From a virus (Duplodnaviria > Caudoviricetes), in IMG/VR virus record IMGVR_UViG_3300005747_000076, positions 1-62,095 of that record: a DNA stretch of 62,095 nucleotides; one strand, given 5' to 3'. The translations under genes were made by a program, and so were the position numbers. This document shows, one piece after another, positions 9,570-17,659 of the stretch (its first letter is position 1; each line of letters opens with the position of its first letter). The notes under the pieces were generated by a model. That model made no database searches, was not told the DNA's origin, and saw only the letters and a program-made list of their open reading frames with translations.

Positions 9570-9954
9570 GTGTATTATCCTTTACAATGTTTTTCCAATC
9601 AATAATTTTATTTTCTGTATGTGTTATTCTTTCATTTATTAGTTTATTAATGTCTTTATGCATTATAGCAGCTGAAATACAATCTGGTGCAAACATATCC
9701 AAATATTTCTTCATTAAAGTAGATAATTTCTTTTTTGTTTCTAACACATTGTTTTCATCAGTATCTACACCATAAACATTCATAGCAATCTTGTATGGAT
9801 CTTGATTTAAATCCATTTTCTTTTTATAAACTGCTTCCAAAATTTGTCCATTACCTATAAGCGGATCTAAGAATGTTTTATCTTCATTAAATTGTTCTTG
9901 AGGTAAATTATTAATCATGTCTTTAATTTCTTCTTTAGTCATTGTTGTCTCCAA
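9562..9954 (-). CDS. Truncated DNA methyltransferase-like protein (SAM-binding half)
   Basis: TFLDPLIGNGQIL (motif I) and VYGVD (motif II); no NPPY/DPPY. Confidence 0.7.
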   Translation of the reverse strand: METTMTKEEIKDMINNLPQEQFNEDKTFLDPLIGNGQILEAVYKKKMDLNQDPYKIAMNVYGVDTDENNVLETKKKLSTLMKKYLDMFAPDCISAAIMHKDINKLINERITHTENKIIDWKNIVKDNTHA

Positions 9955-10031
9955 TCGTTGTTTATTATTATATTAAATATGCAAGAAAAATATAATAAAT
10001 TTTAAAAATAAATAAAGTTATTATAATAATT

Positions 10032-10295
10032 ATGCCTGAACGGGAGATTTATATGAAATACAAAGCTACTTACATTCTTTTACAACGTTATCCGTATGAA
10101 ATCATTGTTTGGAATAATAAACTATATAACAAGGAAGAGTTAATTAAGTTTATAATTGAAGATAAACTTGATATTGAACCTAAAACTTTATTTAAAGAGC
10201 TTGCAACAGCAATTCGTGCATGTAGTAATTGGAAATTGGAAGATTACAAAGAGCCTATAGATGTTGATAAAGCTATAGACGATTTATTGGCATAA
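10032..10295 (+). CDS. Hypothetical protein (true start may be ATG 10053)
   Basis: GGGAG RBS precedes the second ATG. Confidence 0.75.
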   Translation: MPEREIYMKYKATYILLQRYPYEIIVWNNKLYNKEELIKFIIEDKLDIEPKTLFKELATAIRACSNWKLEDYKEPIDVDKAIDDLLA

Positions 10296-10325
10296 AAAAA
10301 GACCAAGGTGGAGAGCCTTGGCCTT
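10294..10325 (-). terminator. Intrinsic terminator
   Basis: GGCCAAGG/CCUUGGUC stem plus U7. Confidence 0.8.
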
Positions 10326-10530
10326 AATTAAAAGAAAAATGGAGGAGTTTCATCACTCCTATTACAAATTGTTTGAGGTTGTGCAGGCCTCGTTGTTGTC
10401 AAGTGTGTTAAGGTGCTTCGCTTGTAGTAAGTAGAATATTTAAACTAACCAAATCTTCTCAACAGGGAGTTTAGAACACCTAAACAATTACGTAATAACC
10501 TGTGTAAATAGAAAAGAAAGGTGGAAGTTC
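10294..10530 (-). ncRNA. Candidate structured non-coding RNA (~235 nt)
   Basis: Promoter-like AT box at 10531-10543, nested stems with G-U pairs favouring the minus strand, terminal hairpin plus U7, no credible ORF. Confidence 0.6.
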
Positions 10531-10565
10531 TATATTATTATATGTGTTAGCCTGAAAGTGTATAA

Positions 10566-11099
10566 TTATTTTTTGAAATTAAGAAAAATAAGTGTTCCTG
10601 TAAGAGCAAGTATAGTTGTTCCTCCTGTCCACATAAGGAGTTTACTAAATCTTTCTTCTTTCTGTAATGATATTTCAGTAATCTTTAGTTTTTCAGTTAA
10701 ATTATCTTTATCTTCTATTAAATCAGCATTCAATTTTTTACATGCTTCATCACGCTCTTCTAATGTTTTATCAAATAATTTACGTTCTGCATCTAGTCTA
10801 TCTTGACACCATAAACTTTGATTGTTCATTATGTATTCAATCTTTTCAAAAGTATCTTTATCTACCATAATTCCGTAAATCAATGAAGGTGATCCTGGCA
10901 TTAAATAATATGCTGTTATATCTAGGTCTCCTAACTTCAATTCAAACCCGCTAGGGTCCAGTATTATATTAGGATTATACTCAGAAGTTATGACGTTAAA
11001 TCCAGATGTATTTTCTATTCCGTTTGGTGTATTACCATATGCGGGAGGTAAAAGTAAAAACAGAGATAAAAATAATGATAGTATCTTTTTCATTTCCAT
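10566..11099 (-). CDS. Exported coiled-coil protein with C-terminal membrane anchor (possible spanin-like component)
   Basis: Signal peptide MKKILSLFLSLFLLLPPAYG and C-terminal hydrophobic helix. Confidence 0.6.
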   Translation of the reverse strand: MEMKKILSLFLSLFLLLPPAYGNTPNGIENTSGFNVITSEYNPNIILDPSGFELKLGDLDITAYYLMPGSPSLIYGIMVDKDTFEKIEYIMNNQSLWCQDRLDAERKLFDKTLEERDEACKKLNADLIEDKDNLTEKLKITEISLQKEERFSKLLMWTGGTTILALTGTLIFLNFKK

Positions 11100-11446
11100 A
11101 AGCCTTTCTTCTTGCATTGAGGTGCAATGGCTTTTGCGATACGACAATCAAGCTTTGGTGCTTTAGTTTTAAACTTCTCTAATTCATCAACAACTCTCTT
11201 ATCACATTCAGTATGTTGTTTATCTTTAACTTCTCTTAGTTCTGTTATATGTGCTTTTCTTTCTTCTTTAATTTGTGTAAATAGTTTTTCATTATTACTT
11301 ATTTCTGCTTCACAAATTACTGCCTTGGGTGGAATATGAACTGAATATCTTCCTCCAACAAAACATAAAACACACATAATAAATGCCAATGCAATAGTTG
11401 CTTGATTTTTATATTTAAGAAGTAGTTCAATATACTCTTTACTCAT
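11090..11446 (-). CDS. N-anchored coiled-coil membrane protein (i-spanin-like)
   Basis: N-terminal TM, coiled coil, periodic Cys; overlaps the next gene. Confidence 0.55.
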   Translation of the reverse strand: MSKEYIELLLKYKNQATIALAFIMCVLCFVGGRYSVHIPPKAVICEAEISNNEKLFTQIKEERKAHITELREVKDKQHTECDKRVVDELEKFKTKAPKLDCRIAKAIAPQCKKKGLWK

Positions 11447-11660
11447 TTTTTCTCCTTTTGTTTTCTCTTAATGTTTTTTCATATTCTAAACTCTTTTTAA
11501 CAGCATCATTCGCTGCATCTCGAAGTTCTCTTAATTGTTTTCTTAAAGCTCTTCCTCTAGTTAGTTTATGTTGCAATACAAATTCTTCAAGTTCTACGTT
11601 TGTTTTATTAATAATCCTTGTTATTTCTGCAAATGATAACATAATTTCTTCTTGCTTCAT
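11439..11660 (-). CDS. Histone H1-like Hc1-family protein
   Basis: ELEEF...KLTRGRALRKQLRELRDAA matches the Hc1 pattern (K-AG-R-RK-L-EL). Confidence 0.6.
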   Translation of the reverse strand: MKQEEIMLSFAEITRIINKTNVELEEFVLQHKLTRGRALRKQLRELRDAANDAVKKSLEYEKTLRENKRRKNE

Positions 11661-12310
11661 GCTGACACCTTACTTAATACTTGTTTATTGTTTAGCATTA
11701 CATTGAAGCCTTCACATTTAAATAAACATCTAGTACGAGATAAGATAACTGAAGGATGTGTTAAAATTCCGTATTTGTGCATTATTCCATCAAAATAATA
11801 TTTATCTGCTTTTCTATTGTAGCCTCTATACTCAACAAGTATTACACCAAACAAAGCAGCATATGCTTCTTTAACTTCAATAGTTGCATCATTCCATAAA
11901 TCAGCAACACCAAACTGTGTATATAGTTTTTGTGTAGTATAGCCAGTTAAGAGTTCTGTAGATTTTTTAAAAACATAATTGAAGTCATCTTCTTTTAGTT
12001 CTTTCTTAAATTCTTCATAAACAACATCATGCCACGCTAACTGCCTATCAATGGTATTATTAATATTATTATTTGGCTCGTCTGTAGCAGTGTCTGTTAA
12101 CTGCCTATCAATGGTATTATTACTATTATTGAATGATTTTTCGTATTCTTTTAGTAATAGCTCTGAAAATACATATTCTTCATTAACTTTATTATAGTAT
12201 AGGTCATCATTACCTTTACTGAGAAGTTTTTTGGTTGATTTTAAACCTAGCCATTGCCCAGGTGCTTTACCATTTCTATCATTTAGTTCATAAATTTCTT
12301 TTGCATTCAT
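11657..12310 (-). CDS. Hypothetical protein carrying two in-frame copies of the 20-bp motif
   Basis: NNTIDRQL twice; AAGGAG RBS. Confidence 0.8.
   Translation of the reverse strand: MNAKEIYELNDRNGKAPGQWLGLKSTKKLLSKGNDDLYYNKVNEEYVFSELLLKEYEKSFNNSNNTIDRQLTDTATDEPNNNINNTIDRQLAWHDVVYEEFKKELKEDDFNYVFKKSTELLTGYTTQKLYTQFGVADLWNDATIEVKEAYAALFGVILVEYRGYNRKADKYYFDGIMHKYGILTHPSVILSRTRCLFKCEGFNVMLNNKQVLSKVSA
12038..12057 (-). repeat. Dispersed 20-bp motif, copy 1 (ATACCATTGATAGGCAGTTA)
   Basis: Exact match to four other copies. Confidence 0.95.
12098..12117 (-). repeat. Dispersed 20-bp motif, copy 2
   Basis: Exact match, 60 bp from copy 1. Confidence 0.95.
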
Positions 12311-12325
12311 TGTTTTCTCCTTATC

Positions 12326-12715
12326 TTAAAACGGTTTCATGTTTTCGTTTTCATCTTCTACTTGAAATAAGTATCTGTATTCTTTAATGTCATAAAAATA
12401 ATATTGATCATCTCTTATTATCAGGCCAAATATACAATCATACGGTGCACATTTCTTTTTATTAGTGCTAAACACTGCTTCTTTGTTTAACATAGGTGGA
12501 CATACATCAAAAAATCTTTTAATAAACTTTAAGTCTTTCATTAATTCTAACTTAATAGTTATATTTTCTCTGTAATAGTAATAATCTTCTAAATCAACAA
12601 TCATTTCAGTATCAATACAAAATAATTCTTTATCTTTATTAAATTCACGTCTTACATCAATAACTCTTACAGCGTATATACCATCCTTCAGGCCTTTTAA
12701 AAATAGATTGTTCAT
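12326..12715 (-). CDS. Putative single-stranded DNA-binding protein (DUF669-like)
   Basis: LKDGIYAVRVIDV N-terminus and acidic tail ending in PF (EDENENMKPF). Confidence 0.5.
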   Translation of the reverse strand: MNNLFLKGLKDGIYAVRVIDVRREFNKDKELFCIDTEMIVDLEDYYYYRENITIKLELMKDLKFIKRFFDVCPPMLNKEAVFSTNKKKCAPYDCIFGLIIRDDQYYFYDIKEYRYLFQVEDENENMKPF

Positions 12716-12832
12716 AACTATATATATCCTATATTAACTATAAAGTTAACATTTTGTTTCTTTTTATTAGCAAAACTTAAAAAAGTTTTACTTCTTGTAT
12801 AATATATATATGTATGAGGAAAAATTATGAAC

Positions 12833-12952
12833 AAAAAAAAGCCTAAACAGATAATACTTAGCCCCTTGTTAAATTGGGAATTATTAGTTCCCTAAGCATT
12901 TAATATGCCCTAGCTTTATGTGTGTGGCCGTGTTTATCAGTTCAGGTCTTTT
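12833..12952. other. Structured intergenic element, candidate small RNA overlapping a 22-codon ORF
   Basis: End-to-end pairing plus two internal hairpins; U8 follows the stem on the minus strand. Confidence 0.45.
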
Positions 12953-13118
12953 GTTAATAATATATCTTTATAAACTTTAATTTACTACAAACAAGGCAAT
13001 AAAAAACAAAAGAAATATAAGAGAGATATACTAATTACTATTGAATCGCTATTTTTCATATTAATTTATTTATCCTTTTAAAAGTTTTTGTTATATATAT
13101 TATAAAAAGGAGCTAATT

Positions 13119-13487
13119 ATGACAATTATTGCAGATAAAAATCAAGAATTACTAGAAGAAGTTATTACTAATTTTATGACAGCTTACCCATGGTTTGATA
13201 GAAGATTAACAAATATGGATCAAGAGCATAGAGACGCTGTTGGTATTTTGTTAGAAACTCATCCAAATATCATGTATCATTTAATTGAAGTTTTTGATAG
13301 AAACTTAGATGAAGATAGGTTTGAACTGAAAGAGGAAAATCATTGGTATTTAACTAGAGAAGAATACACGATGTTTGGTATGCTTGGTATTATGAATGAT
13401 GGTGATGAACTACATCTTCTTAATTACAAGAAAGGTAGTGGAGTAATAGGATTAGATGGTGTTGAAATGGATAGCACACAATCATAA
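13119..13487 (+). CDS. Hypothetical protein
   Basis: AAGGAG RBS, 122 aa. Confidence 0.8.
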   Translation: MTIIADKNQELLEEVITNFMTAYPWFDRRLTNMDQEHRDAVGILLETHPNIMYHLIEVFDRNLDEDRFELKEENHWYLTREEYTMFGMLGIMNDGDELHLLNYKKGSGVIGLDGVEMDSTQS

Positions 13488-13496
13488 TATTATGTT

Positions 13497-13691
13497 TTAT
13501 AAATCTACAACAAACTTATCGTCTGGGTCTATATCAACGGTGTCAATAATAATAACACGTTTACTTTCAGTCTCTTCTTTAGGTTTGTTAACTACAGGCG
13601 GCGGAATAGGTAATTCTAAAAAAGGTCTTTCACCTTCTTGTTCTATCCGTTGCCTTTCTTTAATTTGTTCTATTATATAATAATCGAGCAT
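13497..13691 (-). CDS. Small conserved hypothetical protein (MLDxYIIE...RPxLELP...RVIIID type)
   Basis: GGAGG RBS; resembles small proteins I recall from Myxococcota-like bacteria. Confidence 0.75.
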   Translation of the reverse strand: MLDYYIIEQIKERQRIEQEGERPFLELPIPPPVVNKPKEETESKRVIIIDTVDIDPDDKFVVDL

Positions 13692-13734
13692 TTTATTACC
13701 TCCATATAATTATATATAACAGAAAGTATTTAAA

Positions 13735-14484
13735 ATGGTACGCAAAACACAAAAAGGTTTAAATCATACAGTAAGATCAAGTCTTCCCGCTAACAGAGAA
13801 AACATGAAAAAAGCAGGAAAAAGAGCTTATAAAAACGGGATTACCTTGGAAAAAGCAGTTGAAGCTTATGGCAGATACTTAATTGATGAAGATAATTTTG
13901 AATGTGAATTATTTAGAAATCATGATGCAATGCAAAAAGCAAGAGGACGAGGTGGTAATCTTACAGCTTTTACAACAGGAGTAAGTTCATGTGATTTTAC
14001 ATTCTTTGTTAATGCAAAAACATTTAACTGGATGGAAGGAGGAATGATTGAGGCTAAAAGTAGAAATAAAAAATCTATTAATAAATCTGCAATAAGTCAT
14101 CACCAAAAAGATCAGTTAATTAGAATGGAAAAATTAGGTAAACAAGGATTAGTTTTAGTTTCTTTGATGGATGACAATGACGAAGCAGTATTTTTTATAG
14201 TTCCTATTGTTCATTGGTATAGAGGCCAGAAAAAAAGTCATAACATAGATAATTTACGTGATATTGGTTATGAAGTCCCAACAATAACTATATGGGATGA
14301 TAACCAAAAGGAGCACAAAGCACCAGATATACTTCAGATTTTAAAACAAATAGATATTGATGGTGAATATAAAGATGTGCCAAGTGCTTACAGAGAGCAA
14401 TATGATAACCGTAAATTAAAAAATCCAATATACTCTACAATTGATGAAGAAATTGATAGTATATATGATGATCATGAATTATGA
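13735..14484 (+). CDS. recU: RecU-like Holliday junction resolvase
   Basis: GITLEKAV, SSCDF, IEAKS, HHQ...L motifs of the RecU family. Confidence 0.8.
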   Translation: MVRKTQKGLNHTVRSSLPANRENMKKAGKRAYKNGITLEKAVEAYGRYLIDEDNFECELFRNHDAMQKARGRGGNLTAFTTGVSSCDFTFFVNAKTFNWMEGGMIEAKSRNKKSINKSAISHHQKDQLIRMEKLGKQGLVLVSLMDDNDEAVFFIVPIVHWYRGQKKSHNIDNLRDIGYEVPTITIWDDNQKEHKAPDILQILKQIDIDGEYKDVPSAYREQYDNRKLKNPIYSTIDEEIDSIYDDHEL

Positions 14485-14720
14485 GAAAACGGGAATATAG
14501 AATACCTGATAAGTTGCCACAACTAAAAAAAATACCTCAAGTAGGTGATTTAGTGGCAATACAAGATTTAGATGGAACTATATTCCCATGTATCGTTTTA
14601 CAAATAAATAAAAAGCTTACCAAAAAAGGTAAGCCTTCTAAATTAGTTTCCAATATTTCAGTTTTATGTGATAATAGAGTTTGTGCTGTTATGCTACATC
14701 AACTGAAAATGTTATATTAG
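14481..14720 (+). CDS. Small hypothetical protein, SH3/KOW-like pattern
   Basis: PQVGDLV...CIVLQI...ISVLCDN; ATGA overlap. Confidence 0.72.
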   Translation: MRKREYRIPDKLPQLKKIPQVGDLVAIQDLDGTIFPCIVLQINKKLTKKGKPSKLVSNISVLCDNRVCAVMLHQLKMLY

Positions 14721-15538
14721 CTAGCGTCTCCAAATGCTCTTATTAATTTCATAGCATCTTCATATTGCTTAAGTCTTTTAATAAGATTTTCATTGTTCTT
14801 TTGTAAATGTTTAAGTTGAGTATCTTTATCTTTTAACTGTTGTTTAGTTATTTCAATAGTAGATTTAGTATCATTCAACTTATTTTCAACCATTGTTAAA
14901 TATAAATCTTTATACTTATTAACATACTCATCACGGTTTTTAAATGATTTACCTAAGAACTCTGAAATTGATTTATTTACTAAGGTCATGATAATACTAT
15001 TTAAATCAGCTTCACCTGTTTTCTGTAGTATATTTTTATGTTTCTGCTCAATATCCATTAGTTCTTTATAATCATCACATGAATTCATATGCCTTTCAAG
15101 GTTAACACTCATAATTTTTTTATTACAACCTGGGCATTTATCTTTTTGTTGGAAGTTATGGCTTCCATTTTTTTTGTTTGTTCTATATCTCTTTTGCCCA
15201 GTTGGCAAATCTTTAATCAAACCTTCATCTTTTAATTCACGTAATTGTTTCTTCTCATCTTGGCAATCTGAGTTATATAAAAACCAATGTTCATGTTTTA
15301 CACAATAATCTGTTGATCCTTTTTGTCTTGCGGCACATCCGCAAATATTCCATGCTCTCCAATCACCTTCAGGCAATGGACCATGTAATGCAGATAATTT
15401 ATCAACCATCATTTTATCTTTTTTATCACGCTCAGCTTTATTTCTTGCTTTATTAATTTTACATTCATCAACAGTTGTAATAGTAAAATTCAATCTTTCT
15501 CTTAATGGTAAATCTTTATATAACATATTTGTCTCCAA
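14717..15538 (-). CDS. Zinc-finger and coiled-coil protein
   Basis: CGC...YCVKH and CPGC...ERHMNSC; C-terminal coiled coil. Confidence 0.75.
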   Translation of the reverse strand: METNMLYKDLPLRERLNFTITTVDECKINKARNKAERDKKDKMMVDKLSALHGPLPEGDWRAWNICGCAARQKGSTDYCVKHEHWFLYNSDCQDEKKQLRELKDEGLIKDLPTGQKRYRTNKKNGSHNFQQKDKCPGCNKKIMSVNLERHMNSCDDYKELMDIEQKHKNILQKTGEADLNSIIMTLVNKSISEFLGKSFKNRDEYVNKYKDLYLTMVENKLNDTKSTIEITKQQLKDKDTQLKHLQKNNENLIKRLKQYEDAMKLIRAFGDAS

Positions 15539-15713
15539 TCTTTAATCTTTAGTATGTTATGTTATTATTATAACTAAGTATTATTGATTTTATAAAAAAT
15601 TTTAAATAAAAAAAAATTAAGAATTATTTGATATATATTAAGTAAGTATAAAAAAGAAAAAAAGTTATAAAAATACTTTCATTTTATTATACTATATATG
15701 TCCCCAATCAAAT

Positions 15714-15747
15714 ATCATACATTTTCTAATATTAGATTTTGTATGAT
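15714..15747. repeat. 34-bp interrupted palindrome in a long AT-rich intergenic region
   Basis: ATCATACA-TTT-TCTAATATTAGA-TTT-TGTATGAT. Confidence 0.85.
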
Positions 15748-15834
15748 TAATAAAAAATACTAAAAAAAAATCTAAAATATAGTTATACTACATAATTAGA
15801 TTAAGAACATCTATAAAAGAAAGCGAAACACAAT

Positions 15835-16626
15835 ATGCTAGAACACTTAAACAGTAATAAAACTTATGTGCGACTACTACAACAAGAAATAGGAACAACT
15901 GCTGATGGTGTTGCAGGACCTAATACTTTAAAAGCTGCTGAAGAATTTTATGGTAAACCTGTTATTTCACACAATGGTAAATTAATTCCTATTAACTTCA
16001 GTGGAAAAATTAATCACAGTTATAGTTTACATGAATTACCTGATGGAAGTAAAAACTGGTATAGCAGAAAAACTCCTATTGACAATATTGTAGTTCATTG
16101 GGGAGGTTTAAATGCTCCTCATTGTTATCAGGTATTTTTTAATCCAAAATATGCACATACTTCATCACATTTCTTGGTTGGACATAATCCAAAAAGCGGT
16201 GAACTTGAAGTTTTCCAATGCCTAGATACAGCGCAAGTTGCTTATCATGCAGGAAAAGCTAATAAACAATCAGTAGGTGTTGATATTTGCCAGCATCCTT
16301 CAATTAAATATTTAGATAAAACTAAGTCTTGGTATCCAGGTGCTGAAGTAATTACTAATCCTAGCAAACGCGGGCCGCAAGGTGATATTGTTGATATTGA
16401 CCCACAGCTAGCAGAATTTGCAAGAGAATTCCTTAAAGCACTAAGAACTGCAATGGACTTAGATCATAAGCCAGTTTGTGAAGATGAACAAGTTTATAAG
16501 ATTGAAGATGTAAAACAAAGATACTCAATTCTAGGTCATCACAACTTCTCAGTCCAAAAATGGGATGTTATTCCTTGGGCAGATAGATTATATCATGGAA
16601 TAGACGACGAAGAAAATATTTGCTGA
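15835..16626 (+). CDS. Endolysin, N-acetylmuramoyl-L-alanine amidase (Amidase_2) with short N-terminal peptidoglycan-binding motif
   Basis: LQQEIG..ADGVAGPNT; IVVHW, SSHFLV, AYHAG..N..SVGVDI, ILGHH, KWD. Confidence 0.92.
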   Translation: MLEHLNSNKTYVRLLQQEIGTTADGVAGPNTLKAAEEFYGKPVISHNGKLIPINFSGKINHSYSLHELPDGSKNWYSRKTPIDNIVVHWGGLNAPHCYQVFFNPKYAHTSSHFLVGHNPKSGELEVFQCLDTAQVAYHAGKANKQSVGVDICQHPSIKYLDKTKSWYPGAEVITNPSKRGPQGDIVDIDPQLAEFAREFLKALRTAMDLDHKPVCEDEQVYKIEDVKQRYSILGHHNFSVQKWDVIPWADRLYHGIDDEENIC

Positions 16627-17288
16627 TGAATATGGTGCATGATATGACATTATCTATTGAAGAAAAGCATAAGCAAATAAAAGAATACTTATGGGATACG
16701 TGGAAAAATAGCGACAGATACGGTGAATTTATAATTGAATTAGACGATTATGATGTTGAAGGAGCTAAAGAAGTTGGAATTAGACGTTATGAAAACAATA
16801 GAAAAGCTAAAGTAAAAAATCGCAAACTATCTAATAAACCTATTAATGGCCATGAAAGAGATATTTTAGGTGCTTGCGGTGAATTAGCAGCTATTAAGTG
16901 GCTTAAGAAAAACGGATACGAAGCTTCATTTGAAAAATTCCACAATGTTAATAATATTTCAGGTGAAAATGATAAATTTGATACAGATATAGTATTTGAT
17001 GGAAAAGAATTAACAGTTGAAATTAAAACAACTGAAAAACCTTTAAATAGTAAATTAATTTATCCACTTCACAAAGGTAAGAAACAAAATCAGCCTGATA
17101 TATTTTTACTAGTATGCCAGATAGATAGAAATAGGCACGTAATAAAAGGTTTTACAACAGCAGAAAATGTATTAAATAATATAGATGATGATTTACCAAC
17201 TAAGGCATATTCAATACACGAAAAAAACCTTTCAGCAGATTTAGACAAAATAATTAATGAAATTTTATTAGGAGAAGAAAATGAGTAA
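16620..17288 (+). CDS. PD-(D/E)xK nuclease-like protein
   Basis: GACGELA...DTDI...VEIKT. Confidence 0.65.
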   Translation: MLMNMVHDMTLSIEEKHKQIKEYLWDTWKNSDRYGEFIIELDDYDVEGAKEVGIRRYENNRKAKVKNRKLSNKPINGHERDILGACGELAAIKWLKKNGYEASFEKFHNVNNISGENDKFDTDIVFDGKELTVEIKTTEKPLNSKLIYPLHKGKKQNQPDIFLLVCQIDRNRHVIKGFTTAENVLNNIDDDLPTKAYSIHEKNLSADLDKIINEILLGEENE

Positions 17289-17460
17289 TTTACAACTAGA
17301 TAATGAACAAATTAAAGCAGTTAATATTCTTATTGCTGCAGCTGGTGTAGCACAAAAAGCTGGTGCATTTAGCCTTGAGGATGCAAAAACAATCTTTCAG
17401 GCAATTAAAACACTAGCTCCTGAACAAGAAGTTGAGAAAAAGGAGGAAGTTAGCGCATAA
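17281..17460 (+). CDS. Small helical protein (59 aa, absent from the ORF track)
   Basis: AGGAG RBS; MSNLQLDNEQIKAVNILIAAAGVAQKAGAFSLEDAKTIFQAIKTL...; followed by a terminator. Confidence 0.85.
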   Translation: MSNLQLDNEQIKAVNILIAAAGVAQKAGAFSLEDAKTIFQAIKTLAPEQEVEKKEEVSA

Positions 17461-17503
17461 TAATTTGAATTCCTTTTTTATGATTGATTAATGTTAACAT
17501 AAG

Positions 17504-17534
17504 AAGCTGTAAATCCCCACTTACGGCTTTTTTT
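17504..17534 (+). terminator. Intrinsic terminator
   Basis: AAGCTGTAA/TTACGGCTT stem plus T-run. Confidence 0.8.
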
Positions 17535-17577
17535 GTGCCTAAAATTAGTAATTATAAAAAGTTATGGCAGTAAACAC

Positions 17578-17615
17578 AAAAAAACCTGTCCATATATTTT
17601 AATATAAACAGGTTT
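17578..17615 (-). terminator. Intrinsic terminator (large loop)
   Basis: AAACCTGT/ACAGGTTT stem plus U-run on the minus strand. Confidence 0.65.
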
Positions 17616-17659
17616 AAGATTTAACAGAGATAATTCTGGTGTTTGTTGCCTATATTAAA

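Noticed and set aside
10339-10434. 31-codon plus-strand ORF inside the candidate ncRNA
   Set aside because: No SD, lies just past the terminator hairpin, and G-U pairs favour a minus-strand RNA.
485-11706. ORFs 485-751, 3146-3328, 4083-4319, 5350-5568, 8136-8321, 9457-9775, 10558-10806, 11127-11339 and 11458-11706
   Set aside because: They overlap better-supported genes or terminators and lack translation signals.
12044-12057. Similarity of CTATCAATGGTAT to the tet operator core
   Set aside because: Two mismatches break the palindrome and no TetR or tet genes are present; probably coincidental.
12038-12130. Repeat-spacer-repeat with 60-bp period as a mini-CRISPR array or RNA anti-CRISPR; GTTAACTGCC and ATAGGCAG resemble type I-F repeats
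   Set aside because: Only one arm of the I-F hairpin is present, the unit lies in frame inside a CDS, other copies are solitary, and no cas genes are seen.
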